A DNA stretch of 64,000 nucleotides from Octopus vulgaris (lineage: Eukaryota): contig OX597827.1 in the NCBI GenBank assembly GCA_951406725.2, positions 6,882,001 to 6,946,000 on the forward strand, in the 5' to 3' direction. The number at the start of each line of letters is the position of its first letter. Within the stretch, counting starts at the first letter, position 1. Both the position numbers and the translations under genes were made by a program. This document shows positions 1 to 12,637 of the stretch, in pieces. The notes under the pieces are model-generated. The model saw only the letters and a program-made list of their open reading frames with translations, had not been told where the DNA came from and did not search any database.

Positions 1-367
1 CAGAAGTAAAGAATTTGTAACAAGCCATCATAGATTCTTTCACCAGCAATTAGAAGTTTGTACTATTTCACTGCTTATATTGATTTTTAGGGTTTAAATG
101 TCAAATCAGACATGACATTAATTCCTATTTAATGTGTTTTTGTTATTTTTTTTTTCTCTCTCCAAGAACATGTGTGCTAAATGCTCTACCCACCTCCTGC
201 CTGCCTTCTTTGCAAATTGCTGTTTGTAATTATAGGACAGCATTCTCACCAACAATAAATTCACCTGATATAAAAATCAATAAAAACAACAATATAAATA
301 AATATATTTGACAATCCTTCAAGCAAAACTAAAAAAAAATATTTTTTTCCTTTCATTATTTTGATAT

Positions 368-418
<51 letters not shown>

Positions 419-1499
419 CATGATTTTTTTGTGCTTAAATTTTATTTTTATTTTAATATTCAAACCAGAAATGTTTGCTACATTTTGTATTCCTAACTTT
501 CCTGTACTTTCCAAAATAATGCTCCTCCCTGTACACTGCCATGTATATATATATATATATTCATATATATATATATGTTTGTATATGTGTACATATTCAT
601 ATATATATATGTTTATGTGTGTATGTGTATATATTTATATATGCTACGCATGTATACATACACAGATATCAATATATGTTTACACCTATCTATCATATAT
701 CTTTATCTATATCAAGCTATCTATCTACCTGTCTATCTATCTAACTATACACACACACACACATTTACACATACACACTCATGCACATGCAGACACACAC
801 ACACATAATTTGCACAACAAGGCACTCTATTAAGGGATTTAAAAAGTCCCCTAAGCATTTTTATTTCCATTACAAAAGAAAAGGGAGAAAAAATACTTCA
901 AAATTAAAAAGTTCCTAATTGGAAAATTTCTCAACTACCTTTTCATCATTTGGGAATTTCAATTCCCAATTCTAAATATGATTTTCTGATTCCCTGTTGG
1001 AAGACACGATTGACCAATCATCTGTAAATGGCATTTTATGATTTTATACATAAATATTTGTAATAATTGCAGTATCAACCAAAAGCTTTTCATTTCATTT
1101 CCTTTTTGGTTTTCCTTTTTTGGTTTTTGTTTGTTATTATTGTTGCATATTTCATTGTTACTTATTTCGAGCTTTCAAGAATATTTCCAATCTACAAAAC
1201 AACTGTTTCTAATTTAAGCACAAAACCAACATTTTCAATGGAGGTGGCATAAATAACCAACAATAACTAGGATCAATGACATTCATACTAGTACTTGACT
1301 AGTATTTTATTTTATTGACTCCATCAATGTTGACCTCGGCCAAATACAATAACAACTATTATGAAAACAGGATTTTTAAAACCAAGACAAGTTTCAATAA
1401 AAGTGTTAGCAAATGATAAATACAGCAATAAAAGGGTGTGGAAAGAGTTGTTCCCACCAAGTGCAATTATGTGCTTTTTGTCTGATATATGTTTTATTG

Positions 1500-1574
<75 letters not shown>

Positions 1575-1873
1575 CTACATATGTATGACTAGCCATGTTT
1601 ACGTGTTTACTTTTAATTTTATATAAGTAGCAGCATTATAACACAGTAATTTCCCTTTATATAACGGTATTTTTTCATAGCGTTTTTTCAGATGGCCACA
1701 TAACTGAAGAGATGGTGTTGTGGATTTCCACTTCGGCATCTGAAACTCAGAGGTTTATCTTGACTATTGAGTAATTGTAACATATTATTTTATAGATAAA
1801 TTTCCTCTATTTACATAATATTGAGGTCTCTTTCTTTCTTTTGTTATCTTACCGTTTTTACCAATATATATAT

Positions 1874-1924
<51 letters not shown>

Positions 1925-2139
1925 ATAATATATATATATATAATAATAATAGGAAGTATAACTCCAAACTTACAGGGAAAAATTCAATTTAGTATTAAAT
2001 CAAATTTCACAAGTATAAATATATAATATATATAAATTAGAGAAAAACCACTATTATGGAATTCACTATTATAGTATAAATTTACATCTATCATTGTTTG
2101 AATTACATAATAGTGGTTTTTCTCTAATTTATATATCTC

Positions 2140-3075
2140 TATGCATGCATGCTTGTATGTATGTATGTATGTTTGTATGTATGTATGTATGTATGTATGT
2201 ATGTTGTATGTATGTATGTATGTATGTATGTATGTATGTTTGTATGTATGTATGTTTGTATGTATGCTTGTATGTATGCTTGTATGTATGCTTGTATGTA
2301 TGTATGTATGTATGTATGTATGTATGTATGTATGTATGTATGTTTGTATGTATGCTTGTATGTATGCTTGTATGTATGTATGTATGTATGTATGCTTGTA
2401 TGTATGCATGTGTGTGTGTATGTATGCATGTATGTATGTATGTATGTATGTTTGTATGTATGCTTGTATGTATGCTTGTATGTATGTATGTATGTATGCA
2501 TGCATGTATGTATGTATGTATGTATGTTTGTATGTATGTATGTATGTATGCATGTATGCATGTATGTATGCATGTATGTATGTATGTATGTATGTATGTA
2601 TGTATGTATGCTTGTATGTATGCTTGTATGTATGTATGTATGCATGCATGCATGTATGTATGTATGTATGTATGCTTGTATGTATGTATGTATGTATGTA
2701 TGTATGCATGTATGTATGTATGTATGTATGTATGTATGTATGTATGCTTGTATGTATGTATGTATGTATGTATGCTTGTATGTATGTATGTATGCATGTG
2801 TGTGTGTATGTATGTATGCATGTATGTATGTATGTATGTTTGTATGTATGTTTGTATGTATGCTTGTATGTATGTATGTATGTATGTATGTATGTATGCT
2901 TGTATGTATGCATGTGTGTGTGTATGTATGTATGTATGCATGTATGTATGCATGTATGTATGTATGTATGTATGCTTGTATGTATGTATGTATGTATGCA
3001 TGTATGTATGTATGTATGTATGTATGCTTGTATGTATGTATGTATGCATGTGTGTGTGTGTGTATGTATGTATGT
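2140..3075. repeat. Long (TATG)n microsatellite with recurring variant units (TGCT, TTTG, TGCA)
   Basis: Direct reading; it produces the spurious 320-370 aa HTYI/MYVC ORFs. Confidence 0.97.
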
Positions 3076-3774
3076 CATTCTTCAGTTTTATTTCGAGATT
3101 TGTTGCCAATAGAGAAAGAATCAATTTCTAACCTAAATCCAAGCCTCCTTTATTGGAATCTCAGCATCAACAGGATATTTTTGCACGCATGTGTATATAT
3201 TATGCAGTATTTGGAATCAGCGCAAGAGCAGATTTGTATGTTTTATTTTATGTATGTATTCTTATGTATATAGTTATGTGTCTAATTATGCACATATATA
3301 CTTAAATTGTAAACTTCTGGAAAATTTTACAAATTTTTACGGTACCAGTGATGGATTGGAACTGCAGTCTTCAAATCAGCTTTCTCTTTTCTGATGTTGA
3401 AAAGCCTATGTACGTATGTATATATGTATGTATGCATGCATGTCTGTGTATGTATATATATGCATATACCTTTGTATACCTTTCTGTCTGTGTTTGTCTC
3501 CCACTACCACTTGACAACCAAGGTTGGTATGCTTATGTAACATAGTGGTTCAGCAAAAGAAACCGATAGAATGAGTACCAATCATATGCAAATTAAAAAG
3601 ATATAAGTACTAGTGTCGATTCATTCAACTAAAAATTCTTCCAGGTGGTGCCCCAGCATGGCCTCAGTCAAATGATTGAAAGAAGTGAATGGTAAAAGGT
3701 AAGTGTCACCTCCAAAAATGACTTTGCTCTTAGACACTGACACACACAGTGTTACTGTAAAGTGAGACATAGAT

Positions 3775-4699
3775 AAGGCAGCGAGCTAGGAGAATCATTA
3801 GTACGCTGGATGAAATGCTTAGCAGTATTTCATCTGTCTTCACATTCTGAGTTCAAATTATCTTGAGATCAATTTTGCCTTTCATCTTTTCAGAGTCGAT
3901 AAATTAAGTACCAGTGAAACACTGGGTCGATGTAATCGACTAGTCCACTCCCCATTTCTTATTTCTTTATTGCCCACACGGGGCTAAACATAGAGGGGAC
4001 AAACAAGGACAGACAAAGGGATTAAGTCGATTACATCAACCATCGACCCCAAAAGGATAAAAGGCAAAGTTGACCTCAGTGGAATTTGAACTCAGAACCT
4101 AACGGTAGATGAAATACCTATTTCTTTACTGCCCACAAGGGGCTACACACACAGGGGACAAACAAGGACAGACAAACGGATTAAGTCGATTACATCGACC
4201 ATCGACTCCGAAAGGATGAAAGGCAAAGTTGACCTCGGTGGAATTTGAACTCAAAACCTAACTGTAGACGAAATACCTATTTCTTTACTACCCACAAGGG
4301 GCTACACACAGAGGGGACAAACAAGGACAGACAAAGGGATTAAGTCGATTACATCGACCATCGACCCTGAGAGGATAATAGGCAAAGTTGACCTCGGTGG
4401 AATTTGAACTCGGAACCTAACAGTAGACGAAATACCTATTTCTTTACTGCCCACAAGGGGCTACACACACAGGGGACAAACAAGGACAGACAAACGGATT
4501 AAGTCGATTATATCGACCCCAGTGCGTAACTGGTACTTAATTTATCGACCCCGAAAGGATGAAAGGCAAAGTCGACCCCGGTGGAATTTGAACACAGAAC
4601 GTAACGGCAGACGAAATACCACTAAGCATTCGGCCCAGGGTGGTAACATTTCTGCCAGCTCCCCACAAAATTTCTGGTCTCGTACCTACAGTAGAAAGG
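3775..4699 (+). mobile_element. tRNA-derived SINE (family B) with 16-bp target-site duplication, interrupted by an inverted related SINE array
   Basis: Head AAGGCAGCGAGCTAGGAGAATC, B-box-like GAGTTCAAAT and core CCTTTCATC..GTCGATAAATTAAGTACC. TSD AAAGTGAGACATAGAT at 3759-3774 and 4700-4715. Confidence 0.8.
3955..4665 (-). mobile_element. Family B SINE with four tandem body copies (about 160-bp period)
   Basis: Units start near 3960, 4119, 4278 and 4438, with a single head at about 4620-4665; CTCCCCA on both sides. Confidence 0.85.
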
Positions 4700-5586
4700 A
4701 AAGTGAGACATAGATTTCTCCCTAAAGTGTTAAAGTTACTCAAATGATCTCTGAATTGCTGCATTTTATATCAAAATTACTTAACAAATAATCATATAAC
4801 TTTCATCGTATTAAAGTTAACCAAACTTATAGAACTGTCCCAGTATTAAAAATAATTATTTCAAATATTCAAATATATTTAGAATTAAATGTCTATGCTA
4901 GCATTGCTTTCTAAAATTTCTTGTAATTTCCTCAATAATAATTTAGCAATCTATTTTCCAAATCTTCAGAACTGTAACCTAAATAGTTTCAAAATAAGTA
5001 TCATTATAACTTAGTTTCTCCCTGAGGACATTCATTATTTTTCTGTGCAGTAATTACATTAAATGAAACTCTAAATAGGGGGAAATATCTCTGTCATAAG
5101 TATATGTGGGTATGATGGTTCAGTAAGTAGTTCTGGGTGACATTAGAACTATCTAGGCTGGAATGAAGAGTAAATAATCAGAATACTAAAAGATAATTAG
5201 CATGTCATTTTAATAATGAGTTTATTATCAGTGTAACTATAAAAATAGTAAATTGGCATTGTCTTCATTTGTCCTCCTTTGAGTTCTGTATATAAAGACT
5301 TCATTTCAAATCGCAACCTATCCCCAATGATTAACAATAAGCTTTAAATTATGAACTATAAAATTTCCTTACGAAAAGTTATAGATCTACAGCTATCAAC
5401 TTCAACACTATTTTTAATATATGTATTTATAGACACACACACACATGCATGCAGGCACACAAACACATATGCATGCATATATATATATATATATATATAT
5501 ATAAATGGATATATGCATGTATATACATATGTATGTACCAACATACATATACACAAACATACACACCGTGATCTCTGTCTCTCTCT

Positions 5587-6500
5587 CATCATCATCATCA
5601 TCATCATCATCATTTAGCGTCCGTTTTCCATGCTAGCATGGGTTGGACAGTTCTACTGGGGTCTGTGAAGCCAGAAGGCTTCATCAGGCCCAGTCAAATC
5701 TGGCAGTGTTTCTACGGCTGGATGCCCTTCCTAACGCCAACCACTCCGTGAGTGTAGTGGGTGCTTTTTACGTGCCACCCGCACTGGTGCCAGACAGAGC
5801 TGGCAAACGACCACGAACGGATGGTGCTTTTTATGTGCCACCGGCACGAGGGCCAGGCGAGGCTGGCAACAGACACGAAACGGGCGGTGCTGGCAACGGT
5901 CGCGAAACGGAAAGTTCTCTTACATGCCACCGGCACTGGTAACACATCTGCAATTTCCATTGATCGATTTCCATTGATCGATTTCCATTCTGATCCTCAC
6001 TTGCCTCAATGGGTCTTCACAAGCAGAGTTTCGACATGCCACCGGCACTGGTAGCACATCCGCAATTTCCATTGATCGATTTCGATTCTGATCCTCACTT
6101 GCCTCAACACGTCTTCACAAGTAGAGTTTTGTGTCCCAAGAAGGGAAGGTATGCATACGTAGGCTGGCTCCATCCCATGTAGAAGGCCACGGGTTGTGGA
6201 CTCACTTGTCCTGCCGGGTCTTCTCGCGCACAGCACACTTCCAGAGGTCTCGGTCTCTAGTCATTTCCTCAGTGAGACCTAAAGTTCGAAGGTCGTGCTT
6301 CACCACCTCGTCCCAGGTTTTCCTGGGTTTGCCTCTTCCACAGGTTCCCTCAACCGCTAGGGCGTGGCACTTTTTCACACAACTATCTACATCCATTCTC
6401 GCCACATGACCATACCAGCGCAAACGTCTCTCTTGCACACCACAACTGATGCTTCTTAGGTCCAGCTTTTCTCTCAAGGTACTTACTTACACTCTGCCGA
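5587..6500 (-). mobile_element. 5'-truncated RTE-clade LINE (ORF C-terminus, 3'UTR, (GAT)n tail)
   Basis: ORF 6202-6477 RRLRWYGHVARM...GRGKPRKTW...DRDLW is a typical RTE C-terminus; ends CATGCTAGCATGGAAAACGGACGCTAAA(TGA)n. Confidence 0.9.
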
Positions 6501-6617
6501 GATATGTATGTATGTATGTGTATATATATATATACAAACCTAACCTATGCCAGAATGGAAAACGGACGTGAAATGATGATGATGATATATATATATATAG
6601 TCCTCTTTTGAGTTCTG

Positions 6618-6663
<46 letters not shown>

Positions 6664-7348
6664 ATAGAGGGCATTATTATACATAAATGCCATATGCTAC
6701 GAGGGACTCTTAAAGTCAAAACTACCAAAATAAATAAACACATCATACCAAATGCAACTCTCGAATCAAGTCATTTAAAAACAGAATTATTTATATATAT
6801 ATATATATATCATCATCATCATCATCATCGTTTCACGTATGTTTTTCCATTCTGGCATAGGTTAGGAGGTTTGACGGGAGCTGGTAAGGCTGGAAGCCTT
6901 TTGTATGGATGGGAGAGTTAGTCAGAGAGTAAGAAAAAGAGACTGAGCATGACAGAAAGTAAAATAAGGAGAGCAACAGTGAAAGAGATGGTGGTGAAGA
7001 TGTGCCTTTGAGGGACATTGGGGATGGTGAGAATAAGTGGGATGATATAGAGATGTGGATTGGGTGTACGGGGTAGGATGTAGGTGGCTGAGTGAAATAT
7101 AGGAGAGCCTCAGGGACAGTGGTAGGGGTTGTGGTAGGTATGTGAGGGCACATAAGTGTTAATGATGGGCAACAACAAGGGGACAAGAAGGCACAGAAAG
7201 GAGGTGATTGGGGGCCAGTGGGGGAGACAGTGATAAATGGAAGTGGTTCAGAGTGAGGAAGAAGGTAACTGAGAAAGAAGGAGGGTGTAGTGTGTGCCTA
7301 TTCTGCTCACAGATGATAGACAAATTTCAGATGTCGGGGGATGAAAGG

Positions 7349-7510
7349 TCAATTCTGCTGTGGTGGGTGGGTCTTTTTGAGTACAGCAAGGTGCCAGATA
7401 TCTTGGTCCTTTGTCCTCTCTTTCATAAGGTTCAGTGTCTTCAGATCAGCCTTCAGTGCTTTGTCCCATGTTTTCTTGATTTTCCCTCTTCCAGGTGTGG
7501 CTGAATGGTA
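7349..7510 (-). mobile_element. RTE LINE C-terminal fragment
   Basis: PGRGKIKKTWDKALKADLKTLNLMKERTKDQDIW, homologous to the 6202-6477 peptide. Confidence 0.75.
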
Positions 7511-7589
7511 AGAAACTTGTATGTATGTATGTATGGATGGATGCATGCATGTTGACTTGACCAACACTATCTGGCAAGTTTCCACTCAG

Positions 7590-7970
7590 CCTCTGAGCCC
7601 CACAGTGGGGCCTGGCTCAGTGCAGTGCCATCACTCACAACTGGCACTCAGCTTGATAGCAACTATCAACATATTGGTGTTTCCCTGAGGTTTGGTTGCC
7701 AGATCTGTGAGCCTCATGAATGCCACTGCAGATTCACTGTGGATTCTTTTGCCCTCTACCCACTGTCATGCCATCATAGTGCTGGCCACCTTCCATGCTA
7801 TGCCACCCTTAATAAGATCACAAAGTATGGCCCAGATGCTGCAGGTTTCCCCTTCAAGCTCAAGCCAGTGAGGCTAGACTGATAAAGGGCCCAACAGTGT
7901 AACAATTTTCCCATTCCATGGTGGTAGGCCCCTCATCTCGATGCAACATGCTGTGACACCTTCTCCAGCA
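7590..7970 (+). mobile_element. Degenerate non-LTR retrotransposon fragment with CCHC/restriction-like endonuclease domain (CRE-like)
   Basis: IGVSLRFGCQICEPHECHC..VD...PLSC......LN..AGFPFKLKP.RLD followed by KGPNSVTIFPF.GG.PL, resembling the RPDG.T..P...G..L.WD RLE motif. Confidence 0.6.
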
Positions 7971-8145
7971 CGGGGGCCAGACAGGCAGTACTGGCAACGA
8001 CCTCGCTCAAATGAATGTGTTAAATAGAATTGAAAGAAGCATAGTTGGGTTCATTTGAGTAGTTGAAGGGGAAAGACCAGCTGGACTTTGGTAGTAAGAC
8101 TGAGCTTCGAAATTGTTTATGAGGTTGTATTAAATGAATAAGAAA

Positions 8146-8544
8146 TCTTTATATACAAAAGTAAGGTTGTGTGCTGTCTGTCTCCTACGAATTAGATTCC
8201 TAACTACTCCCACATTTTGCGGTGCAGTTTAACCAAAACCGGGTATCTTATAGTCGTGATTCATATCGAGCCCTTCTGGGTATTAGCGTGCGTCTACGAT
8301 GAGTCTACGATTTAAAAAAAATTTACCATCAATTTTTCCTATTTTTAATGCATTTTTGGCATATATAAGGGAAGTAACTCTCTAAAAATTTATTATTAAA
8401 TCTCAGAACGTAAAAAGCTACAGTAACACCCCTCCCACCTTTGTGGTTAGCCATATTGAGATGGCTATTATACTTTACATCTCTAAAAATGCTTATATAG
8501 TTATTTCCCTTACAAACCCGAGCAACGCCAGGCGATACTGCTAG
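8146..8544 (+). mobile_element. Non-autonomous Helitron
   Basis: 5' TC after A; 3' hairpin CCCGAGCAACGCCAGG then CTAG followed by T; second copy at 13915-14220. Confidence 0.85.
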
Positions 8545-8559
8545 TAAAGCATAAAATAG

Positions 8560-9110
8560 TTGTCAGTACATTGGATCTTGCAAGCCTCACAGACTAAGAA
8601 ATACTCTGCCATGTCAATGCAGATGTTGATTCAGTAAATGAGAAAATTACTCACACATTTGATGGGAAAAGAGTAAATTATAAGAGCGTTAATTCTAGTG
8701 ATAATAAAGACAGTCTATTCCCATTTATCCCGTTTATCCCATGGTGTCCTTAAATAGTTATAACTATGGTGGAATATCCCCATCCGATCACTTGTTTTGA
8801 CATAGGGAAAGTTATGTGTTGTAATGCAATTACAAAGCTGAAATAAGGTTAATAGATTTTGCAATGGAACAAGAATTTGAATAACCCATTTGCATGAATG
8901 ACCGAAGACATTCTGACTATATTCTGCCATTTACCCTAAGGCAATTATGGCTTCCTCTTCTGAGTGGGTTTTGCAAATGACAATCAATAAATCTCTGTTA
9001 CTCACTGAGTGAAAAAAAAAGTCTGTTCATTCTAAATTATCCATTTGTGATGAGACAATTGTATGCAGTTTTTGAGAAAACTGCACAGAAAAATGCAGGT
9101 AGGACGCCAA
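8560..9110 (+). pseudogene. Degenerate Helitron RepHel Pif1-like helicase relic
   Basis: Frameshifted motifs in the correct order: IL..N.DV..VN, FCNGTR, FA(M)TINKS, (G)QLYA. Confidence 0.65.
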
Positions 9111-9411
9111 TATCAAAAACTCAGCGGATACTGAAGTTTTCCTGGGTCAAAAAAGATTCTTTCTCTTTACCATATACATCAATTTGCACATACATCCATG
9201 TTTTAGCAAATGTTTATTCACTATCAATTTTATCTTTGTTTTTTGTTTTCTTTGTAATCATCATTTATTGTGAACAACAATGCCAACAAATAATGTTATA
9301 ATGTACCAGAAGAGGCTCACTCATTTATACACACACAAACACATATACATGTCCGTCATGTAAATGTGTGTGTGTTTGTGCATATATGTATGTATGTATG
9401 TATTTACTTTT

Positions 9412-9655
9412 GGAGGCACATGGTTTAGTGGTTAGTGTATTGCACTCATGATTGTAAAATTGCAGTTTTGATTCCTATTCCTGGGTGTTTTGTGTTCTTG
9501 AACCAAACTGTTCATTTCGCATTGTCTCAGACCACTCAGCTAGCAAAAGTAAATAATCCTGTCACAAACTGGCTTCCTGTGTTGTGGGACAATATATACA
9601 CTACAGGATCTGGGAAACTGGTCTTATGAGCCTATGGCTCTGGAAGGATCTTTAA
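9412..9655 (+). mobile_element. tRNA-derived SINE (family C head GGAGGCACATGG..TAGTGGTTAG)
   Basis: A/B-box-like head; related copy at 48801-49040. Confidence 0.6.
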
Positions 9656-9720
9656 TCCCTTTTTTTTATGCATGTCTACAAATACAGAGCAACAGACATG
9701 CATACACTCATGCATATATA

Positions 9721-10020
9721 GGTCATGAAGGATCATGGGATTGCACCTAGAAGGCGACTCTCCAAGGCACAAGTCCAGGAAAGATTGTTTATGGAAGACC
9801 AACAGTTACCCATGCATACCAGCATCTCCTCTCCATGCCACCGATGTTATCCAAAGGAAAGGCAAAGGCCAATACAGCTTGGCACCAGTGACATTACAAC
9901 TCATTTCTACAAATGAGTGAACTGGAGCAACATGAACTAAAGTGTCTTGCTCAAGAACACAACACACATCCCAGTCCAGGAACTGAACTCACTACCTCAA
10001 GATTGTGAACCCAACACTAT
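9721..10020 (-). mobile_element. tRNA-derived SINE, homologous to 33772-34091
   Basis: Shared sequence GATCATGGGATTGCACCTAGAA...CTTGCTCAAGAACAC. Confidence 0.75.
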
Positions 10021-10025
10021 GTCCT

Positions 10026-10247
10026 TAATTGTGCAGTTTGTGTATTCATCTGAAGAAAACGCTTTTTTTATAATAATATAATGTACTTATTAATCAATTA
10101 AAAAATTTGTTGGAAACAGCTGTAACAAACAATAGATAGGTGTCATTTCATTACAGCTGTTTCCAACAAATTTTTTAATTGATTAATGAGTACATTATAT
10201 TATTATTAAAAAAAAGTGTTTTCTTCAGATGAATACACAAACTGCAC

Positions 10248-10252
<5 letters not shown>
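10026..10252. repeat. Near-perfect palindrome (about 100-bp arms, about 25-nt spacer)
   Basis: TAATTGTGCAGTTTGTGTATTCATCTGAAGAAAAC...AAACAGCTGTAA and its reverse complement starting at 10151. Confidence 0.93.
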
Positions 10253-10281
<29 letters not shown>

Positions 10282-10852
10282 CATTAATAAATAAAACGTA
10301 TGCATATATACATATATGTACGTACCTACCTCTACATGTATATATACACACATATATGGGTACAGGACACCAAAAACATGTCAAACATAATGAGAAAAGA
10401 AAACATAAACACAAAACCAAGGAAATGGACATTTTTCTTAAACAACAAAAAAATAGAGTACAGGACAAATAACACAAGGAAAATTCCCCTTTTTCAATCG
10501 CCATGGTTTCATCTACTCTATATATATATATATTCTGATGAAGGTATTTAGCTGTTCCGTCAGAGCAATGGAGATACTCTGTTGATGAGTCCTAATTACA
10601 AGACAAAACTATGGCCCAGTGTCCTAGTTTGCTCACGGGGCAGTTATCTACCTTGTTAGTGTACATAAATGTGCTTTTCACACAGCTATATAAATGTAAT
10701 CTCTTATTTCTAGTAATAATTGTACCTTTAGCACCCACGATCACAATTAATGATAACTAAATTTTTCTATATAGCTTTGGATTGCAGCCAGCTGCTTACA
10801 CTAATTTGTAGTATATATATGTATATATATATATATATATTGGGCAATAAAC

Positions 10853-11192
10853 TGTGGTTGCAAAGACCTGTTGAGTCAAGTGAAATCCTTGTCATGACCG
10901 ATGACAGCACCACCTGATTGGCACCCATGCTAGTGGCATGAAAAAAGCACCATTCAAGCATGGTCGATGCCAGTACTTCCTGACTGGCCCTCCTGACGGT
11001 GGCATGTAAAAAGCATCCACTACACTGTCGGAGTGGTTGGCGTTAGGCAGGGCATCCAGCTGTAAAAACTTTGCCAGATCAGACTGGAGCCTGATGCAGC
11101 TTTCTGGCTTGCCAGCCCTCAGTCAAGCTGTCCAACCCATGCCAGCATGGAAAGCAGACGTTAAAATACAACAACGACGACGATGATGATGA
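10853..11192 (+). mobile_element. RTE 3'-tail-derived element with (GAT)n end
   Basis: GGTTGGCGTTAGG..GGGCATCCAGC...CCAACCCATGCCAGCATGGAAAGCAGACGTTAAA, same tail as 5587-5760 (reverse) and 61727-61875. Confidence 0.8.
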
Positions 11193-11606
11193 TGATAATA
11201 TATAAATATATATATATATATATACATACACATGCATTTATATACATACATGCACATACATACATACATACATACATTCACACACACACACATGCACATA
11301 CACCTGCACACACACATGACTGTGTATGTATATACCAGCTTAGCAGTATTCAGAAAATGCAAACACTTCAAAAAGGTTTTTGAAGTATCTACATTTTCAA
11401 AATGTCTCTGATCTGGTATTTAGAAAGAGATCTTAGTTTTAAAGAATTTTGAGAATTCTCCTATTTTCTGCTGTACAAAGATCACATCGTTTGCTTCACT
11501 TTTTGTCATGTTAGACCTTTTGATAATTTATATATGATGCTGCAGTCTGAAGCTTCCCCTTTAACCACAAGATGTAGTCAACTAATTCTGTTTTATCTCT
11601 TTTTTT

Positions 11607-11983
11607 GTGGCTGTGTGGTAAGTAGCTTGCTAATCAACCACATGGTTCCGGGTTCAGTCCCACTGCATGGCATCTTGGGCAAATGTCTTCTGCTATAGCC
11701 CCGGGCTGACCAATGCCTTGTGAGTGGATTTGGTAGACGGAAACTGAAAGAAGCCTGTCGTATATATGTGTGTTTGTGTGTCTATGTTTGTCCCCCTAGC
11801 ATTGCTTGACAACCGATGCTGGTGTGTTTACGTCCCCGTCACTTAGCGGTTCGGCAAAAGAGACCGATAGAATAAGTACTGGGCTTACAAAGAATAAGTC
11901 CCGGGGTCGAGTTGCTCGACTAAAGGCAGTGCTCCAGCATGGCCGCAGTCAAATGACTGAAACAAGTAAAAGAGTAAAGAGTA
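11607..11983 (+). mobile_element. tRNA-derived SINE (family A, internal microsatellite)
   Basis: GTGGCTGTGTGGTAAGTAGCTTG...GGTTCAGTCCC head; tail CCAGCATGGCCGCAGTCAAATGACTGAAAC(AAGAGT)n. Confidence 0.88.
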
Positions 11984-12637
11984 TCCAGTGGAAGATGTTT
12001 GATAATTAAATCTTTGCATAAATTTTCTTTCACTCATGTTCTGTCTCAATTTTCAACTAAAAATTTGTTCTTTTACCCAACATCACTACGCGAGATAGCT
12101 CAGTGGAATAACTCACATCTGTTAATTGTGATATAGCATAGTAAAGGTGGAAGCATTTTTCAAAATATATTTCCATAACACTTCTAAATACACGAGGTCA
12201 TAGAGTATGAAGAGGTGTGTGTGTGCATGCATGAAGTTTTACTTAAGTAGCAGAAGAAGATTTTTGTATCCATTAGATCCAAAGGTTTCAAAAGTAACTA
12301 TGTCTTTGAAGAACCATTCTAGCATTTTACTAATACAAAATGACGTTAAATTCGCTTTTAATCTAAATTTATTTCATGAGGCATCATAATTTCTGTGACA
12401 ACTGTATTCAGGTCACTGACGCAGTTTGACCACAAAAATTTCTACTTCTTGGAAAAGCAAAATTCTATAGGCCCAGGCATTTTATAGGTGCTGACGTAAG
12501 CACCCCTGCCATATCTATGTGATTAAGAAGCTCACTTCCCAATCATATGGTTTCGAGTTCTGTCCCACTATGCAGCTCAAACACTCAAAACTAGATCTCA
12601 GAGAAAGAAACTGTAAGTAGGCATCACATATATACTA

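Noticed and set aside
1984-3273. Several long ORFs of up to 374 aa on both strands
   Set aside because: Translations of the (TATG)n microsatellite, which lacks stops; the same applies to the HT/YI/CV-rich ORFs throughout the window.
3955-4620. CRISPR-like regular repeats
   Set aside because: Whole about 160-bp units repeat with no unique spacers; eukaryotic SINE multimers, no cas genes.
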